A stretch of DNA of 64,000 bases from an uncultured delta proteobacterium (GTDB lineage: Bacteria; Myxococcota_A; UBA9160; UBA4427), in NCBI GenBank assembly GCA_963822965.1, contig CAWGJT010000001.1, forward strand, positions 96,001 to 160,000. Direction: 5' to 3'. Below, piece by piece: positions 19,038-30,687 of this stretch; the stretch's first letter is position 1; each line of letters starts with the position of its first letter. The position numbers and the translations under genes were made by a program. The notes under the pieces were generated by a model, which made no database searches, had not been told where the DNA came from, and saw only the letters and a program-made list of their open reading frames with translations.

Positions 19038-19868
19038 TCAGTAGAGGAGCTTCAGGTACTCCTCGGACTGCTTGCCCCAACGTTCGTACGGCGCCCGCTC
19101 GGCGGCGAGCTTGAAGTACCCCACCGCCTTGTCCCGTCGACCAAGGGACACGTACGCCTCCCCCAGACGATAGTTGGTCTCGGCCTCCGCGCTCCTGCCG
19201 ACGTCGCGCTCCAGCACCTTCTCGAAGTTCACGATGGCCTGAAGCTTGTGGCCTTCCTGGAGCTCGAGGATGCCCAGGTTCAGGCGCGCCGGCCAGTAGT
19301 TCGGGCGAAACGCCAGGGCCTCCTCGAGGCAGCTGCGCGCCTCGCTGTTGTGTCCGAGCTGCAGCTCCGCCCAGCCGCGATTGGTATAGGCCTTCCAGGG
19401 GGCGGCGAAGGTGGGATCGTCGATCAGCACCTGGGAGGCCTCGATCGCCTCGGGGAAGCGCTTGAGCTGGATGTAGAGCCCCGCCAGGTTGAGCAGCAGG
19501 TCCGGGTCGCTGGGGTTCATCTTGCGGGCGATCTCGAAGTGCTCCAGGGCCTTGTCGAGCAGGCCCCGGCGGCGGTAGGCCTCGCCCAGCCAGTGGATGG
19601 TCACCGGGTCCTCGGGGTTGAGCTCGTAGGCGAGCTGAAGCTCCCGGATGGCCATGGGCGTGCGCCCGTTGGCGAGGTGGTCCAGGCCGACGTTCCGCTT
19701 GGCGAGGGCGATCCGCAGGTCCTGCTCGTGCTCCTCGGGCGTCACGTCGGGCGTGGCACAGCCGGCGATCGCCAGGGCCAGGGGCAGCAGGCACAGGGCC
19801 GCCAGCACCCGGCGTCCGCGGTACGGCGTCTTCGCTCGCGAGGGACTCGGTCTCGTAGTGGGCAGCAT
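19038..19868 (-). CDS. TPR lipoprotein, Tgl/PilF/PilW pilotin-like
   Basis: Lipobox IAG|C, tandem TPRs, DPTFAAPWKAYTNRG; next to RodZ-like gene. Confidence 0.78.
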   Translation of the reverse strand: MLPTTRPSPSRAKTPYRGRRVLAALCLLPLALAIAGCATPDVTPEEHEQDLRIALAKRNVGLDHLANGRTPMAIRELQLAYELNPEDPVTIHWLGEAYRRRGLLDKALEHFEIARKMNPSDPDLLLNLAGLYIQLKRFPEAIEASQVLIDDPTFAAPWKAYTNRGWAELQLGHNSEARSCLEEALAFRPNYWPARLNLGILELQEGHKLQAIVNFEKVLERDVGRSAEAETNYRLGEAYVSLGRRDKAVGYFKLAAERAPYERWGKQSEEYLKLLY

Positions 19869-19922
19869 TTCTCTTTCCTTTCCGACTCGTCGCCCGGGGC
19901 GGCGAGAAGAAGCCGGGCGTCT

Positions 19923-20666
19923 TCAGAACCGGGCCAGCAGACGCGTGAGCAGGGCCGGCGCCTCGTCCTGCTCCTCGGATCTGCGCCTGCGAACGATCGG
20001 AATGCGGCCGAGCCGGGCGGACATGCCCTCGGGATCGTCCGCGGTGTCTTCGGGCGGCTCCGGCGACCGCCGGAACTTCGTCAGCACACTGGCACCCGCC
20101 GTGGCGGGCTCGTCCGCCGTGGCCTCCGGGGGATCTGCCAGGGGCTCCATGTCCTCGGACGCGACCGCGAGGAGGGGATCGCTGGAGAGAGGCGCGAAGT
20201 CGAGCTCTTCCATCAGCTCGTCCAGCGGGTCCATCAGGTCGTCGAGCAGCAGCGGGGCCTCCCCGACCGGCAGCCCGGGCTCCGCCGCCGGAGGCTCCTC
20301 GCCGACCAGCTCGTACCAGCAGGTCAACGCCCGATCGCGGGCCGCAGGATCGCCCGATTGCAGCATGTCGTCGTCGAACAGGAAGCCCATGCTCTCGGCG
20401 AAGGCCAGACCGGCGTCCATCGCCGGCCCGACCGACCCGGACAGTTCCCCGCGGAAGGCGAACAGCGTGACCGCACCGGAATGCTCGGCCCGCAGCGCCA
20501 CGGACAGCCCCGGCCGGCCCTGGTCGTCCCGGTGCAGCGCGATGAGCGCGCGAGCCGGCCCGACGGGCAGGTCCTCGATGTCCACGACGGGACGGTTCAG
20601 GGACGCGCAGAGCCCGTCCAGGCCGTCTTCGGTGAGCAGAAGGGGCTCGGATCGCCGCACAAACAT
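19923..20666 (-). CDS. Hypothetical protein resembling the gene found upstream of myxobacterial tgl
   Basis: SLNRP, GPARA, AFAESMGF motifs (resemblance recalled, not searched); acidic tail. Confidence 0.6.
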   Translation of the reverse strand: MFVRRSEPLLLTEDGLDGLCASLNRPVVDIEDLPVGPARALIALHRDDQGRPGLSVALRAEHSGAVTLFAFRGELSGSVGPAMDAGLAFAESMGFLFDDDMLQSGDPAARDRALTCWYELVGEEPPAAEPGLPVGEAPLLLDDLMDPLDELMEELDFAPLSSDPLLAVASEDMEPLADPPEATADEPATAGASVLTKFRRSPEPPEDTADDPEGMSARLGRIPIVRRRRSEEQDEAPALLTRLLARF

Positions 20667-20673
20667 GCGCTGC

Positions 20674-20701
20674 TCATCGGCAGCCGAAGCGGGACGCTTG
20701 A
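20674..20701 (-). promoter_or_regulatory. Sigma28-like promoter, leaderless, tgl locus
   Basis: TCAAG-N15-GCCGATGA-N7-ATG. Confidence 0.68.
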
Positions 20702-20905
20702 GCGATCGAGGACGCGCAGGAAAACCCGCCAAGCCCCAGCGGCGCGGCGGCTTTCGCGAGACGCGAAGCCGGGCCTGAAACCGGCCTGGAAGCCCCTCAG
20801 GCCCTTTCGAACCCACCTCAGAGGGATACAATGCCTCCCGCTCCGGGCGGATTTCGCGGGCGCCCGCGGGCTGACACGACCTGCGGAGGAGGAGGCAACA
20901 CACCT

Positions 20906-22792
20906 ATGGGGGCCGTCGACGGCGGTTCTTCCAGCTCATCGGCCGGCGCCAAGGCATCGAGCAAGCCCGTCAGTGAGGTCGAGCACGTCGCCATCCGCTT
21001 CGCGGGGGACTCGGGCGACGGCATGCAGATCACGGGCAGCAAGTTCACCGACACCACCGCCCTGTTCGGCAACGACGTCGCGACCTTCCCCGACTTCCCG
21101 GCCGAGATCCGCGCTCCCGCCGGCACCCTCGCCGGCGTGTCCGGCTACCAGGTCCACTTCGCCGCCGAGGACATCTTCACCCCGGCGGACCAGGTGGACC
21201 TCCTGGTGGCGTTCAATCCCGCCGCCCTGCGCGCGAACGTCGAAGACGTGCGTCCGAAGGGCATGGTGATCATCAACAGTGACTCCTTCAACAAGAAGTC
21301 GCTGCAGCGCGCGGGCTATGCGGACGACCCGCTGCCGGCGCTGCGCGAGCGCTTCGAGATCGTCGAGATCCCCGTCAGCACGCTCAACCGCGAGGCGTTG
21401 CACGGACTGTCCCTGTCGGCTCGCGAGGTCGACCGGTGCAAGAACTTCTTCGCCCTCGGGCTGCTCCTGTGGCTCTACCACCGGGATCTCGAGCCGACGC
21501 AGCGCTGGCTCGCGTCGAAGTTCAAGGGCGACGTGCTCGAGGCCAACGTCCGCACCTTGAAGGCGGGACACGCCTTCGGCGAGACGACGGAGCTGCTGCC
21601 CAAGTCCTACCTCGTCCCCGCCGCGAAGATCGAGCCGGGTCCCTACCGGAACATCACCGGCAACGAGGCGCTGGCCTGGGGGATCGTGGCGGCCGGGGTC
21701 CAGATGAACCGCCCGATCTTCCTGGGCGCCTATCCGATCACGCCCGCGAGCGACGTCCTGCATGAGGTGGCCCGTCATCGCCACTTCAACGTGAAGACCT
21801 TCCAGGCGGAGGACGAGATCGCCGCGGCGAGCTCCGCGGTGGGCGCGGCCTTCGCCGGCCACCTGGGGGTCACGGTGAGCAGCGGTCCGGGCTTCGTGCT
21901 GAAGCAGGAGGCGCTGGGTCTGGCCGTCATGGTGGAGCTGCCCCTGGTCGTGGTGGACGTGCAGCGCGCCGGGCCGGCCACCGGCTCGCCGACGAAGACC
22001 GAGCAGGGCGATCTGCTGGCGGCGCTGTGCGGGCGCCATTCCCAGTCTCCCCTGCCGATTCTCGCGCCGGCGACTCCGGGCGAGTGCTTCCACGTGATGC
22101 TCGAGGCGTTCCAGATCGCCGTGAAGTACATGACCCCGGTGGTGGTGCTGTCGGACGGCTACCTGGCCAACAGCGCGGAGCCCTGGCGGATCCCCGAGGT
22201 GGAGACCCTGCCCCGGACGTCGGTCCACTACGCCAGCCCCGAGGACGCCGAGGGCTTCGAGCCCTACCGGCGGGACGAGGAGACCCTGGCGCGCCCCTGG
22301 GCGATCCCCGGAACGCCCGGGCTCGAGCACCGCATCGGCGGCCTGACCAAGGCCCCGGTCACGGGAGACGTGGTCTACGACCCCGACAACCACGCTCAGA
22401 TGGTGGCCCTGCGCCAGCGCAAGATCGAGGGCATCACGCGGGACATCCGGGCCACCGAGGTGAACGGGCCGGACCGCGGGGAGCTGCTGGTCCTCGGCTG
22501 GGGGAGCACCCACGGCGCCATCACCGCGGCCGTCAAGGGCGCCCGGATGCGGGGGCTCGACGTATCCCACGCCCACCTGCGGCATCTGAACCCACTGCCG
22601 CCCGATCTCGGCGACCTGCTGCGGCGCTTCCGCCAGGTGCTGCTGCCCGAGCTCAACCTCGGGCAGCTCTCGATGCTCCTGCGCGCGAAGTACCTGATCG
22701 ACATCCAGTCCTTCACGAAAGTCGCCGGGCAGCCCTTCAAGGTGCACGAGCTGCAGGCGCGCATCGAGCAGATGCTCGAAGGAACGCAATAG
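20906..22792 (+). CDS. korA: 2-oxoacid:ferredoxin oxidoreductase alpha subunit
   Basis: FAGDSGDGMQ, YPITPAS, QAEDEIAA, EHRIGGL; GGAGG upstream. Confidence 0.93.
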   Translation: MGAVDGGSSSSSAGAKASSKPVSEVEHVAIRFAGDSGDGMQITGSKFTDTTALFGNDVATFPDFPAEIRAPAGTLAGVSGYQVHFAAEDIFTPADQVDLLVAFNPAALRANVEDVRPKGMVIINSDSFNKKSLQRAGYADDPLPALRERFEIVEIPVSTLNREALHGLSLSAREVDRCKNFFALGLLLWLYHRDLEPTQRWLASKFKGDVLEANVRTLKAGHAFGETTELLPKSYLVPAAKIEPGPYRNITGNEALAWGIVAAGVQMNRPIFLGAYPITPASDVLHEVARHRHFNVKTFQAEDEIAAASSAVGAAFAGHLGVTVSSGPGFVLKQEALGLAVMVELPLVVVDVQRAGPATGSPTKTEQGDLLAALCGRHSQSPLPILAPATPGECFHVMLEAFQIAVKYMTPVVVLSDGYLANSAEPWRIPEVETLPRTSVHYASPEDAEGFEPYRRDEETLARPWAIPGTPGLEHRIGGLTKAPVTGDVVYDPDNHAQMVALRQRKIEGITRDIRATEVNGPDRGELLVLGWGSTHGAITAAVKGARMRGLDVSHAHLRHLNPLPPDLGDLLRRFRQVLLPELNLGQLSMLLRAKYLIDIQSFTKVAGQPFKVHELQARIEQMLEGTQ

Positions 22793-22875
22793 GCGTAGGT
22801 GTGGCCGAAGCCTCCGGTTTCGGCTGCCAGGAACACCAGAAGTTTCGGCCGCCCGGAACGCCAGGAGTAGAGAAC

Positions 22876-23898
22876 ATGGCTGCCGCCCCCGAGCTCTCGC
22901 GCAAGGACTTCGTCAGCGGCCAGGACGTGCGTTGGTGCCCCGGTTGTGGTGACTACTCGGTGCTCGCCAACGTCCAACGGGTGATGCCCGAGCTCGGCGT
23001 ACCCCGCGAGAACTTCGTCTTCGTGTCCGGCATCGGCTGCTCGAGCCGCTTCCCCTATTACATGAACACGTACGGATTCCACACGATCCACGGGCGAGCG
23101 CCGGCCTTCGCCACCGGCATCAAGGCCAGCCGGCCAGAGCTCTCCGTCTGGATCGTGACGGGGGACGGAGACGGCCTCTCGATCGGCGGGAACCACCTGC
23201 TCCACGCGATCCGCCGCAACCTCGACGTACAGATCCTGCTGTTCAACAACCGCGTCTACGGGCTCACCAAGGGCCAGTACTCGCCGACCTCGACCCTGGG
23301 CATGCGGACCAAGACCTCGCCCCAGGGATCGATCGACCATCCGGTCGATCCGATCACGTTCGCGCTGGGCTGCGGCGCCACCTTCGTCGCCCGCACGATC
23401 GACGTCGACGCCGCGCACATGCAGGACATGCTCCGACGCGCCCACGAGCACAAGGGGACGGCCTTCGTCGAGATCCTCCAGAACTGCCCGGTCTTCAACG
23501 ACCACACCTGGGAGGAGCTCGAGGACCGCAAGTCCCGTGGCGACACGGCTCTCGTGCTCGAGCACGGCAAGCCGCTGGTGTTCGGCGCGGCGGGCAAGCG
23601 GCGGGGCATCACCCTGCCCCACGGCGTCCCCCAGGTGATCGAGCTCGGCGACGAGGAGGACCCCGCGTCCCGCGGCGTGGTGGTGCACGACGAGAGTGCG
23701 CCGGTCTCCTACTCGTTCGCCCTGGCCTCTCTCGCCCGCCCCCACTTCCCCCTGCCCGTGGGCGTGCTGCGCGAGACCAGCAAGCCCTGCTACGAGCAGA
23801 TGCTCGAGCACGAGGTGCAGAGCGCGATCGAGCAACGCGGGGCCGGCGACCTGCGCACGCTGCTCCACTCGGGCGATACCTGGGACGTCACGGCCTGA
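22876..23898 (+). CDS. korB: 2-oxoacid:ferredoxin oxidoreductase beta subunit
   Basis: WCPGCGD, SGIGCSSR, GDGD, YGLTKGQYSPT. Confidence 0.93.
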   Translation: MAAAPELSRKDFVSGQDVRWCPGCGDYSVLANVQRVMPELGVPRENFVFVSGIGCSSRFPYYMNTYGFHTIHGRAPAFATGIKASRPELSVWIVTGDGDGLSIGGNHLLHAIRRNLDVQILLFNNRVYGLTKGQYSPTSTLGMRTKTSPQGSIDHPVDPITFALGCGATFVARTIDVDAAHMQDMLRRAHEHKGTAFVEILQNCPVFNDHTWEELEDRKSRGDTALVLEHGKPLVFGAAGKRRGITLPHGVPQVIELGDEEDPASRGVVVHDESAPVSYSFALASLARPHFPLPVGVLRETSKPCYEQMLEHEVQSAIEQRGAGDLRTLLHSGDTWDVTA

Positions 23899-24073
23899 GC
23901 GAGGCACGGGGAGTGCGCCGCCGCGCGGGCTCCCCCGTTCGAGGCGGCACCCGCCCGGTCCTGCCGTTCGTCACCTTCCCCGTCCTGATGGGCGGCTTCG
24001 TGGCGCTGGCGGTCTGGGGACCCGCCCGTCCTGGAACGACATGGGCCACGGCCTGCTGCCCGGATTCGCCGGC

Positions 24074-24952
24074 TCAGCCCGCAACCTGGGGCGCGTGCTT
24101 GGCGAGGGTCTCGCCGATGGCGCCGGGGCTCATGGAGACCGCGACCCCGCACCGCTCGAGGGCCGCGATCTTGTCGCTGGCCGCGCCCTTGCCCCCTGCG
24201 ATGATCGCGCCGGCATGCCCCATCCGCTTGCCCTTGGGCGCGCGCTGCCCGGCGATGAAGGCGGCCACCGGCTTCGTCATCTCGGACTGGATGAACTCGG
24301 CGGCCTGCTCCTCGGCGCTGCCCCCGATCTCGCCGATCATCACGACCGCCTTCGTATCCGGGTCCGCCTCGAAGAGGGTCAACGCGTCGATGAAGTTCGT
24401 CCCGATGATCGGATCGCCGCCGATGCCCAGACAGGTGGACTGGCCGATTCCCAGCCGCGAGAGCTGGTCGACGGCCTCGTAGGTGAGCGTGCCCGAGCGC
24501 GACACCACGCCCACGGGCCCGGGCCTCGTGATCTGCGCGGGCATGATGCCGATGCGGCACTGCTCCGGCGTCACCACGCCCGGACAGTTGGGACCGATCA
24601 GGCGCATGGAGAACGCGGACAGGGCGCGTTTGGCGCGCGCCATGTCGATCACCGGAATCCCTTCGGTGACGCAGATGGCCAGCTCGATGCCGGCGTCCGC
24701 CGCCTCCAGGATCGCGTCGGCAGCCCCGGGCGGCGGAACGAAGATCACGGAGGCGTCCGCGCCCGTGTCCCGCACCGCCTGCTCCACCGTGTCGTAGACC
24801 GGGAGCTCGGCGATCGTGCTGCCCCCGCGACCGGGGGCGACGCCGCCCACCACCTGGGTGCCGTACTCGCGCGAGAGATTGGCGTGGAACTGCCCCATCC
24901 GGCCCAGGCCCTGGACGAGCAGCTTGGTGTTCTTGTCGCACAGGATCGCCAC
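24074..24952 (-). CDS. sucD: Succinyl-CoA synthetase alpha subunit
   Basis: [22 protein letters not shown]. Confidence 0.97.
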   Translation of the reverse strand: MAILCDKNTKLLVQGLGRMGQFHANLSREYGTQVVGGVAPGRGGSTIAELPVYDTVEQAVRDTGADASVIFVPPPGAADAILEAADAGIELAICVTEGIPVIDMARAKRALSAFSMRLIGPNCPGVVTPEQCRIGIMPAQITRPGPVGVVSRSGTLTYEAVDQLSRLGIGQSTCLGIGGDPIIGTNFIDALTLFEADPDTKAVVMIGEIGGSAEEQAAEFIQSEMTKPVAAFIAGQRAPKGKRMGHAGAIIAGGKGAASDKIAALERCGVAVSMSPGAIGETLAKHAPQVAG

Positions 24953-24964
24953 GAGTCGCTCCTC

Positions 24965-26131
24965 CTACCTGCCGCTCGCGGCGGCGACGACCTTCTCTCC
25001 CGCCTCCGCCAGGGTTTCCGCGGGGATCAGCGCGAGGCCGGATTCCTCGAGGATCTTGCGGCCCTCGGCGGCGTTGGTGCCCTGCAGCCGCACCACCACC
25101 GGAACGTCGACCGAGAGCTCCTGGGCCGCCGCCACCACGCCCTGGGCGATCAGATCGCAGCGCACGATGCCGCCGAAGATGTTCACCAGGATCGCCTTCA
25201 CCTGCTCGTCCTGCAGGATGAGCTTGAAGGCCGCTTTGACCTGCTCCTCCTGTACGCCGCCGCCGGCGTCCAGGAAGTTCGCCGGCGAGCCGCCACAGTG
25301 GGAGATCATGTCGAGGGTGGCCATCGCGAGCCCGGCCCCATTCACCATGCAGCCGATGTTCCCGTCGAGCCCGACGTAGGACAGCTCGATCTCCCGCGCG
25401 GCGCGCTCGCGGGGGTCCTCTTCCTCGGCATCGCGCAGGGCCGCGATGTCCGGATGCCGGTAGAGGGCGTTGTCGTCGAAGCCGAGCTTTCCGTCGAGCG
25501 CGAAGAGCTTCCCGTCCTCGCTCACCACCAGCGGGTTGATCTCCACCTGCGTGCAGTCCTTCTCCATGTAGAGATCGAAGAGACCCCGAACGAAGGACAC
25601 GAAGGCGGGAATCTGATCCACTTCGAGGCCGAGGCCGAAGCCCAGCTTGCGCGCCTGGAAGTCCTGCAGGCCCGCGTTCGGATCGACGAGCACGGTGAGG
25701 ATCTTCTCGGGCGTCTCGGCGGCCACCACCTCGATCTCCATGCCGCCCTCGGTGGAGGCCACGACCGCGAACTTCTCCGCCGCGCGATCCAGCAGGATCG
25801 CCAGGTAGAGCTCCCGCGCGATCTTCGAGCCGGCCTCCACGTAGACCTTGCGGACGAGCTTGCCCTCGGGCGGGGTCTGGGGCGTGTGGAGCGTCATGCC
25901 CAGGATCTCGCTCGCGGCCTTCTCGGCCTCGGCCGGGGACTTCGCGAGCTTCACCCCGCCGGCCTTGCCGCGGCCCCCCGCGTGCACCTGCGCCTTCACG
26001 ACGACGACGTCGGTGCCGAGCTTGCGAGCCACCTGGGCGGCCTCCGCGGGGGTGGTTGCCAGCTCGCCCGCGGGCACGGGCACGCCGTAGTCGCGGAAGA
26101 GCGCCTTCGCCTGGTACTCGTGGACGTTCAC
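24965..26131 (-). CDS. sucC: Succinyl-CoA synthetase beta subunit
   Basis: HEYQAK, KAQVHAGGRGKAGGV, NGAGLAMAT, NIFGGIVRC. Confidence 0.97.
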   Translation of the reverse strand: MNVHEYQAKALFRDYGVPVPAGELATTPAEAAQVARKLGTDVVVVKAQVHAGGRGKAGGVKLAKSPAEAEKAASEILGMTLHTPQTPPEGKLVRKVYVEAGSKIARELYLAILLDRAAEKFAVVASTEGGMEIEVVAAETPEKILTVLVDPNAGLQDFQARKLGFGLGLEVDQIPAFVSFVRGLFDLYMEKDCTQVEINPLVVSEDGKLFALDGKLGFDDNALYRHPDIAALRDAEEEDPRERAAREIELSYVGLDGNIGCMVNGAGLAMATLDMISHCGGSPANFLDAGGGVQEEQVKAAFKLILQDEQVKAILVNIFGGIVRCDLIAQGVVAAAQELSVDVPVVVRLQGTNAAEGRKILEESGLALIPAETLAEAGEKVVAAASGR

Positions 26132-26134
26132 CGG

Positions 26135-27178
<1,044 letters not shown>

Positions 27179-28402
27179 TCAGCTCATGTTCCCGATGATC
27201 GCGTCACCGAACTCCGAGCACTTGAGGAGGGTCGCGCCCTCCATCAGGCGCTCGAAGTCGTAGGTGACCGTCTTTCCGGAGATCGATCGGGAGATGCCCT
27301 TCTCGATCAGGTCCGCGGCCTCCTGCCAGCCGAGGTGCGTCAGCATCATCACGCCGGAGAGGATCACGGAGCTCGGATTCACCTTGTCGAGCCCGGCGTA
27401 CTTCGGCGCCGTGCCGTGGGTGGCCTCGAAGATGCCGTGTCCCGTCTCGTAGTTGATGTTGGCGCCCGGCGCGATGCCGATCCCGCCCACCTGGGCGGCC
27501 AGCGCGTCGGACAGGTAGTCGCCGTTGAGGTTCAGGGTGGCGATCACGTCGAACTCCTTCGGGCGCGTCAGCACCTGCTGGAGCGTGATGTCGGCGATCG
27601 CGTCCTTCACGAGGACCTGGCCCGCGGGCGGCTGGCCGCCGCACTCGTCCCAGCCGATGGCCTGCCCGGCGAACTCGCGCTTCGCGAGCGCGTAGCCCCA
27701 GTCCCGGAAGGCCCCCTCGGTGAACTTCATGATGTTGCCCTTGTGGACGAGGGTGACCGTGGGCCGCTTGCGCTCGATCGCGTAGTGGATCGCCGCCCGC
27801 ACCAGGCGTTCGGTGCCCTCGCGCGAGACGGGCTTGATGCCGATGCCCGACGTCTTCGGGAAGCGGATCTTGTCGACCCCCATCTCGTCGATCAGGAAGG
27901 CGATGAGCTTCTTCGCCTCGGGGGTCTCGGCCGCCCACTCGATGCCCGCGTAGATGTCCTCCGAGTTCTCCCGGAAGATCACCATGTCCACGTCCTGGGG
28001 CCGCTTGACGGGGCTCGGCACGCCCTCGTACCAGCGCACCGGCCGCAGGCAGACGTAGAGGTCGAGGATCTGCCGCAGGGCCACGTTGAGGCTGCGGATG
28101 CCGCCGCCCACGGGCGTGGTGAGGGGCCCCTTGATGCCCACCAGGTAGTCGCGGAAGGCCTGCAGGGTGGCTTCGGGCAGCCACTCCCCCGTCTCGTCGA
28201 AGGCCTTCTGCCCGGCGAGCACCTCCTTCCAGGCGATCTTGCGCTTGCCCCCGTAGGCCTTCTCGACCGCGGCGTCGAAGACCCGCACCGAGGCGGCCCA
28301 GATGTCGGGGCCCGTCCCATCGCCCTCGATGTAGGGAATGATCGGGTGATCGGGGACGTCGAGGGCCCCGGAGCCTCCTGTGATCTTCTGTGCTTCGGTC
28401 AT
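27179..28402 (-). CDS. icd: NADP-isocitrate dehydrogenase
   Basis: [42 protein letters not shown]. Confidence 0.97.
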   Translation of the reverse strand: MTEAQKITGGSGALDVPDHPIIPYIEGDGTGPDIWAASVRVFDAAVEKAYGGKRKIAWKEVLAGQKAFDETGEWLPEATLQAFRDYLVGIKGPLTTPVGGGIRSLNVALRQILDLYVCLRPVRWYEGVPSPVKRPQDVDMVIFRENSEDIYAGIEWAAETPEAKKLIAFLIDEMGVDKIRFPKTSGIGIKPVSREGTERLVRAAIHYAIERKRPTVTLVHKGNIMKFTEGAFRDWGYALAKREFAGQAIGWDECGGQPPAGQVLVKDAIADITLQQVLTRPKEFDVIATLNLNGDYLSDALAAQVGGIGIAPGANINYETGHGIFEATHGTAPKYAGLDKVNPSSVILSGVMMLTHLGWQEAADLIEKGISRSISGKTVTYDFERLMEGATLLKCSEFGDAIIGNMS

Positions 28403-28568
28403 GCGGATCCCCCGATGGGCTTCCCTTCTGGTTGTCGGCTCGGCGCGCGGGAGCGGATCGGTGGGCCGCGGCCGCGCCCCCGGACGACCCCCTCGTCCGG
28501 TCCCAGGGTTTACGGAATCGAAGGCCCGCCGTCGACCGATCCGCCCCGATCGGAGCCGGCCGCCCGGG

Positions 28569-30407
28569 TCATTCCGGCCCGCCGGGCCCCCTCGTCTCGC
28601 CCTTGCGCGTGGGACGGATGCGGATGGCGAGCTCCTCCAGCTGCTCCGGCGCCACGGTCGAAGGCGCCTCGAGGAGCAGGTCCTGGCCCCGCTGGGTCTT
28701 CGGGAACGCAACCACGTCCCGCATGTTCTCGCTGCCGATCAGGACCATCACCCAGCGCTCGACGCCGAACGCGAAGCCGCCGTGGGGCGGTGCGCCCGTG
28801 TCGAGGCTGCGCAGCATGAAGCCGAAGGCGTGCTCCTGCTGCTCGGGGGAGTAGCCCAGGATCTCGAGGATCCGGCGCTGTACGTCCACGCGATGGTTAC
28901 GCAGGGACCCCGAGCCGAGCTCGACGCCGTTGACCACCACGTCGTAGTGGCTGCCGCGCACCTTCTCGGGGGCGGTCTCGAGCATCGGCAGGTCCTCTTC
29001 GAGGGGCGCCACGAAGGGCATGTGCATGTGGGTGAGACCGCCCTTCTCGTCGCGCTCGAAGAGCGGGAAGTCCACCACCAGGAGGGCGTCCCAGGCGCGA
29101 CCGTCGGTGCGCCCCAGGCGGCGGCCGAGATCGACCCGCAGGCGCGCCAGGATCATGTTCGCGCGCTCGGGGGCGTCGGCCTGGAAGAAGATGAGCGAAG
29201 CCGCTTCCGCGCCGGTGCGCTCGGCGATCCGCTTCTTCTCGTCGTCGGAGAGGAACTTCACGATCGGCGACTGCCACTCGCCGTCGGCCTTGATCCGGAT
29301 CCAGCCCAGCCCCTTGCCCCCGAGCTCCTTCTTGACGAAGGATTCCAGGCGGTCGATCTCGCTCCGCGACAGCTCGTCCGCGTCCGGGATGTGGAGGCAC
29401 TTGACGATGCCGCCGGCGTCGACGGCGCCGCGGAAGGCCTTGAAGCCGCTCTCCGCGAAGACGTCGGTCAGCTCGGTCAGCTCGAGCAGGATTCGCGTAT
29501 CGGGCCGATCGATGCCGTAGCGCGCCATCGCTTCCGCGTACGAGATGCGCCGGAAGGGGCGTTCGAGGTCGACCCCGATGGTCTCCCGGGTGCCGCGCAC
29601 CGTCACCTCTTCCAGGATCGCGAGCACGTCCTCGACCCCGACGAACGACATCTCGAGGTCGATCTGGCTGAACTCCAGCTGCCGATCGGCGCGTTGGTCC
29701 TCGTCGCGGAAGCAACGCGCGACCTGGAAGTAGCGGTCGAAGCCGGCGACCATCAGCAGCTGCTTCAGGATCTGCGGCGACTGCGGCAGGGCGTAGAACT
29801 CGCCCGGCTGCAGCCGGCTCGGCACCAGGAAGTCGCGGGCGCCTTCGGGGGTCGCGCGCGCGAGCATCGGCGTATCGATCTCGAGGAAGCCGTGCTCGCT
29901 GAGCGTGCGGCGCGCCGACTGGTAGAGCTGGTGGCGTACGCCGAGGGCGCGCTGCAGGGGGGGCCGGCGCAGATCGTGGATGCGGTGGCGGAGGCGCACC
30001 GCCTCGTCGACCCCGGTCTCCTCCTCGATGGGAAACGGCGCGGGCGTGGCGGTGTTGAGCAGACACAGCTCGTGGACCTCGACCTCCACCTCGCCGGTCG
30101 GCATCTTCGGATTGACGGTGTCCTGGGAGCGCCGCGTGACCCGGCCGCGGACCAGGATCACCCACTCGCCCCGCAGATCGCCTGCGCGCTCGTGGGCCTG
30201 CGCGGCCACTTCGGGCTTGAAGACGACCTGCACGATCCCCTGGCGGTCGCGCAGGTCGATGAAGATCACCCCACCGTGGTCGCGGCGCCGGTGCACCCAG
30301 CCCGCGAGCACGACCTCCTCACCGACGAGAGAAGACGTGACGGCGCCGCACGCGTGCGTGCGGCGAAGCGTTCCCATCCCGTCGAGCGCGGGGCCCGTCC
30401 TGCTCAC
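28569..30407 (-). CDS. aspS: Aspartate--tRNA ligase (probably non-discriminating)
   Basis: [44 protein letters not shown] then GTG. Confidence 0.96.
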   Translation of the reverse strand: MSRTGPALDGMGTLRRTHACGAVTSSLVGEEVVLAGWVHRRRDHGGVIFIDLRDRQGIVQVVFKPEVAAQAHERAGDLRGEWVILVRGRVTRRSQDTVNPKMPTGEVEVEVHELCLLNTATPAPFPIEEETGVDEAVRLRHRIHDLRRPPLQRALGVRHQLYQSARRTLSEHGFLEIDTPMLARATPEGARDFLVPSRLQPGEFYALPQSPQILKQLLMVAGFDRYFQVARCFRDEDQRADRQLEFSQIDLEMSFVGVEDVLAILEEVTVRGTRETIGVDLERPFRRISYAEAMARYGIDRPDTRILLELTELTDVFAESGFKAFRGAVDAGGIVKCLHIPDADELSRSEIDRLESFVKKELGGKGLGWIRIKADGEWQSPIVKFLSDDEKKRIAERTGAEAASLIFFQADAPERANMILARLRVDLGRRLGRTDGRAWDALLVVDFPLFERDEKGGLTHMHMPFVAPLEEDLPMLETAPEKVRGSHYDVVVNGVELGSGSLRNHRVDVQRRILEILGYSPEQQEHAFGFMLRSLDTGAPPHGGFAFGVERWVMVLIGSENMRDVVAFPKTQRGQDLLLEAPSTVAPEQLEELAIRIRPTRKGETRGPGGPE

Positions 30408-30585
30408 CAAACCCTCCGACCGTTCCGTTGCGACGAGCCCGCCGCGGACCCCTCTCCCGGCTCCTTGCCGGACGGGTGTGAGCCGCGGCGAGTCGTGCAG
30501 GCGGGGCAACGTGGCTGGGAAGTCCCGGACGCGTTCCCGGGAAGCCCGGGGAAGTTCCGGCAAAAGCCGAGCGAAAACGAACGGT

Positions 30586-30614
30586 TGGATAGCGAGGGGC
30601 CGGTCGCGTGTCAA
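30586..30614 (-). promoter_or_regulatory. Possible sigma70 promoter of aspS
   Basis: TTGACA-N17-TATCCA (imperfect -10). Confidence 0.4.
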
Positions 30615-30687
30615 ACCCGCCCGCGGAGCGCCCGGAGGGCGCGCCGACCGGGGCTGGAGGTCGCTCGGCGAGGCCGAGGGGCCGGCG

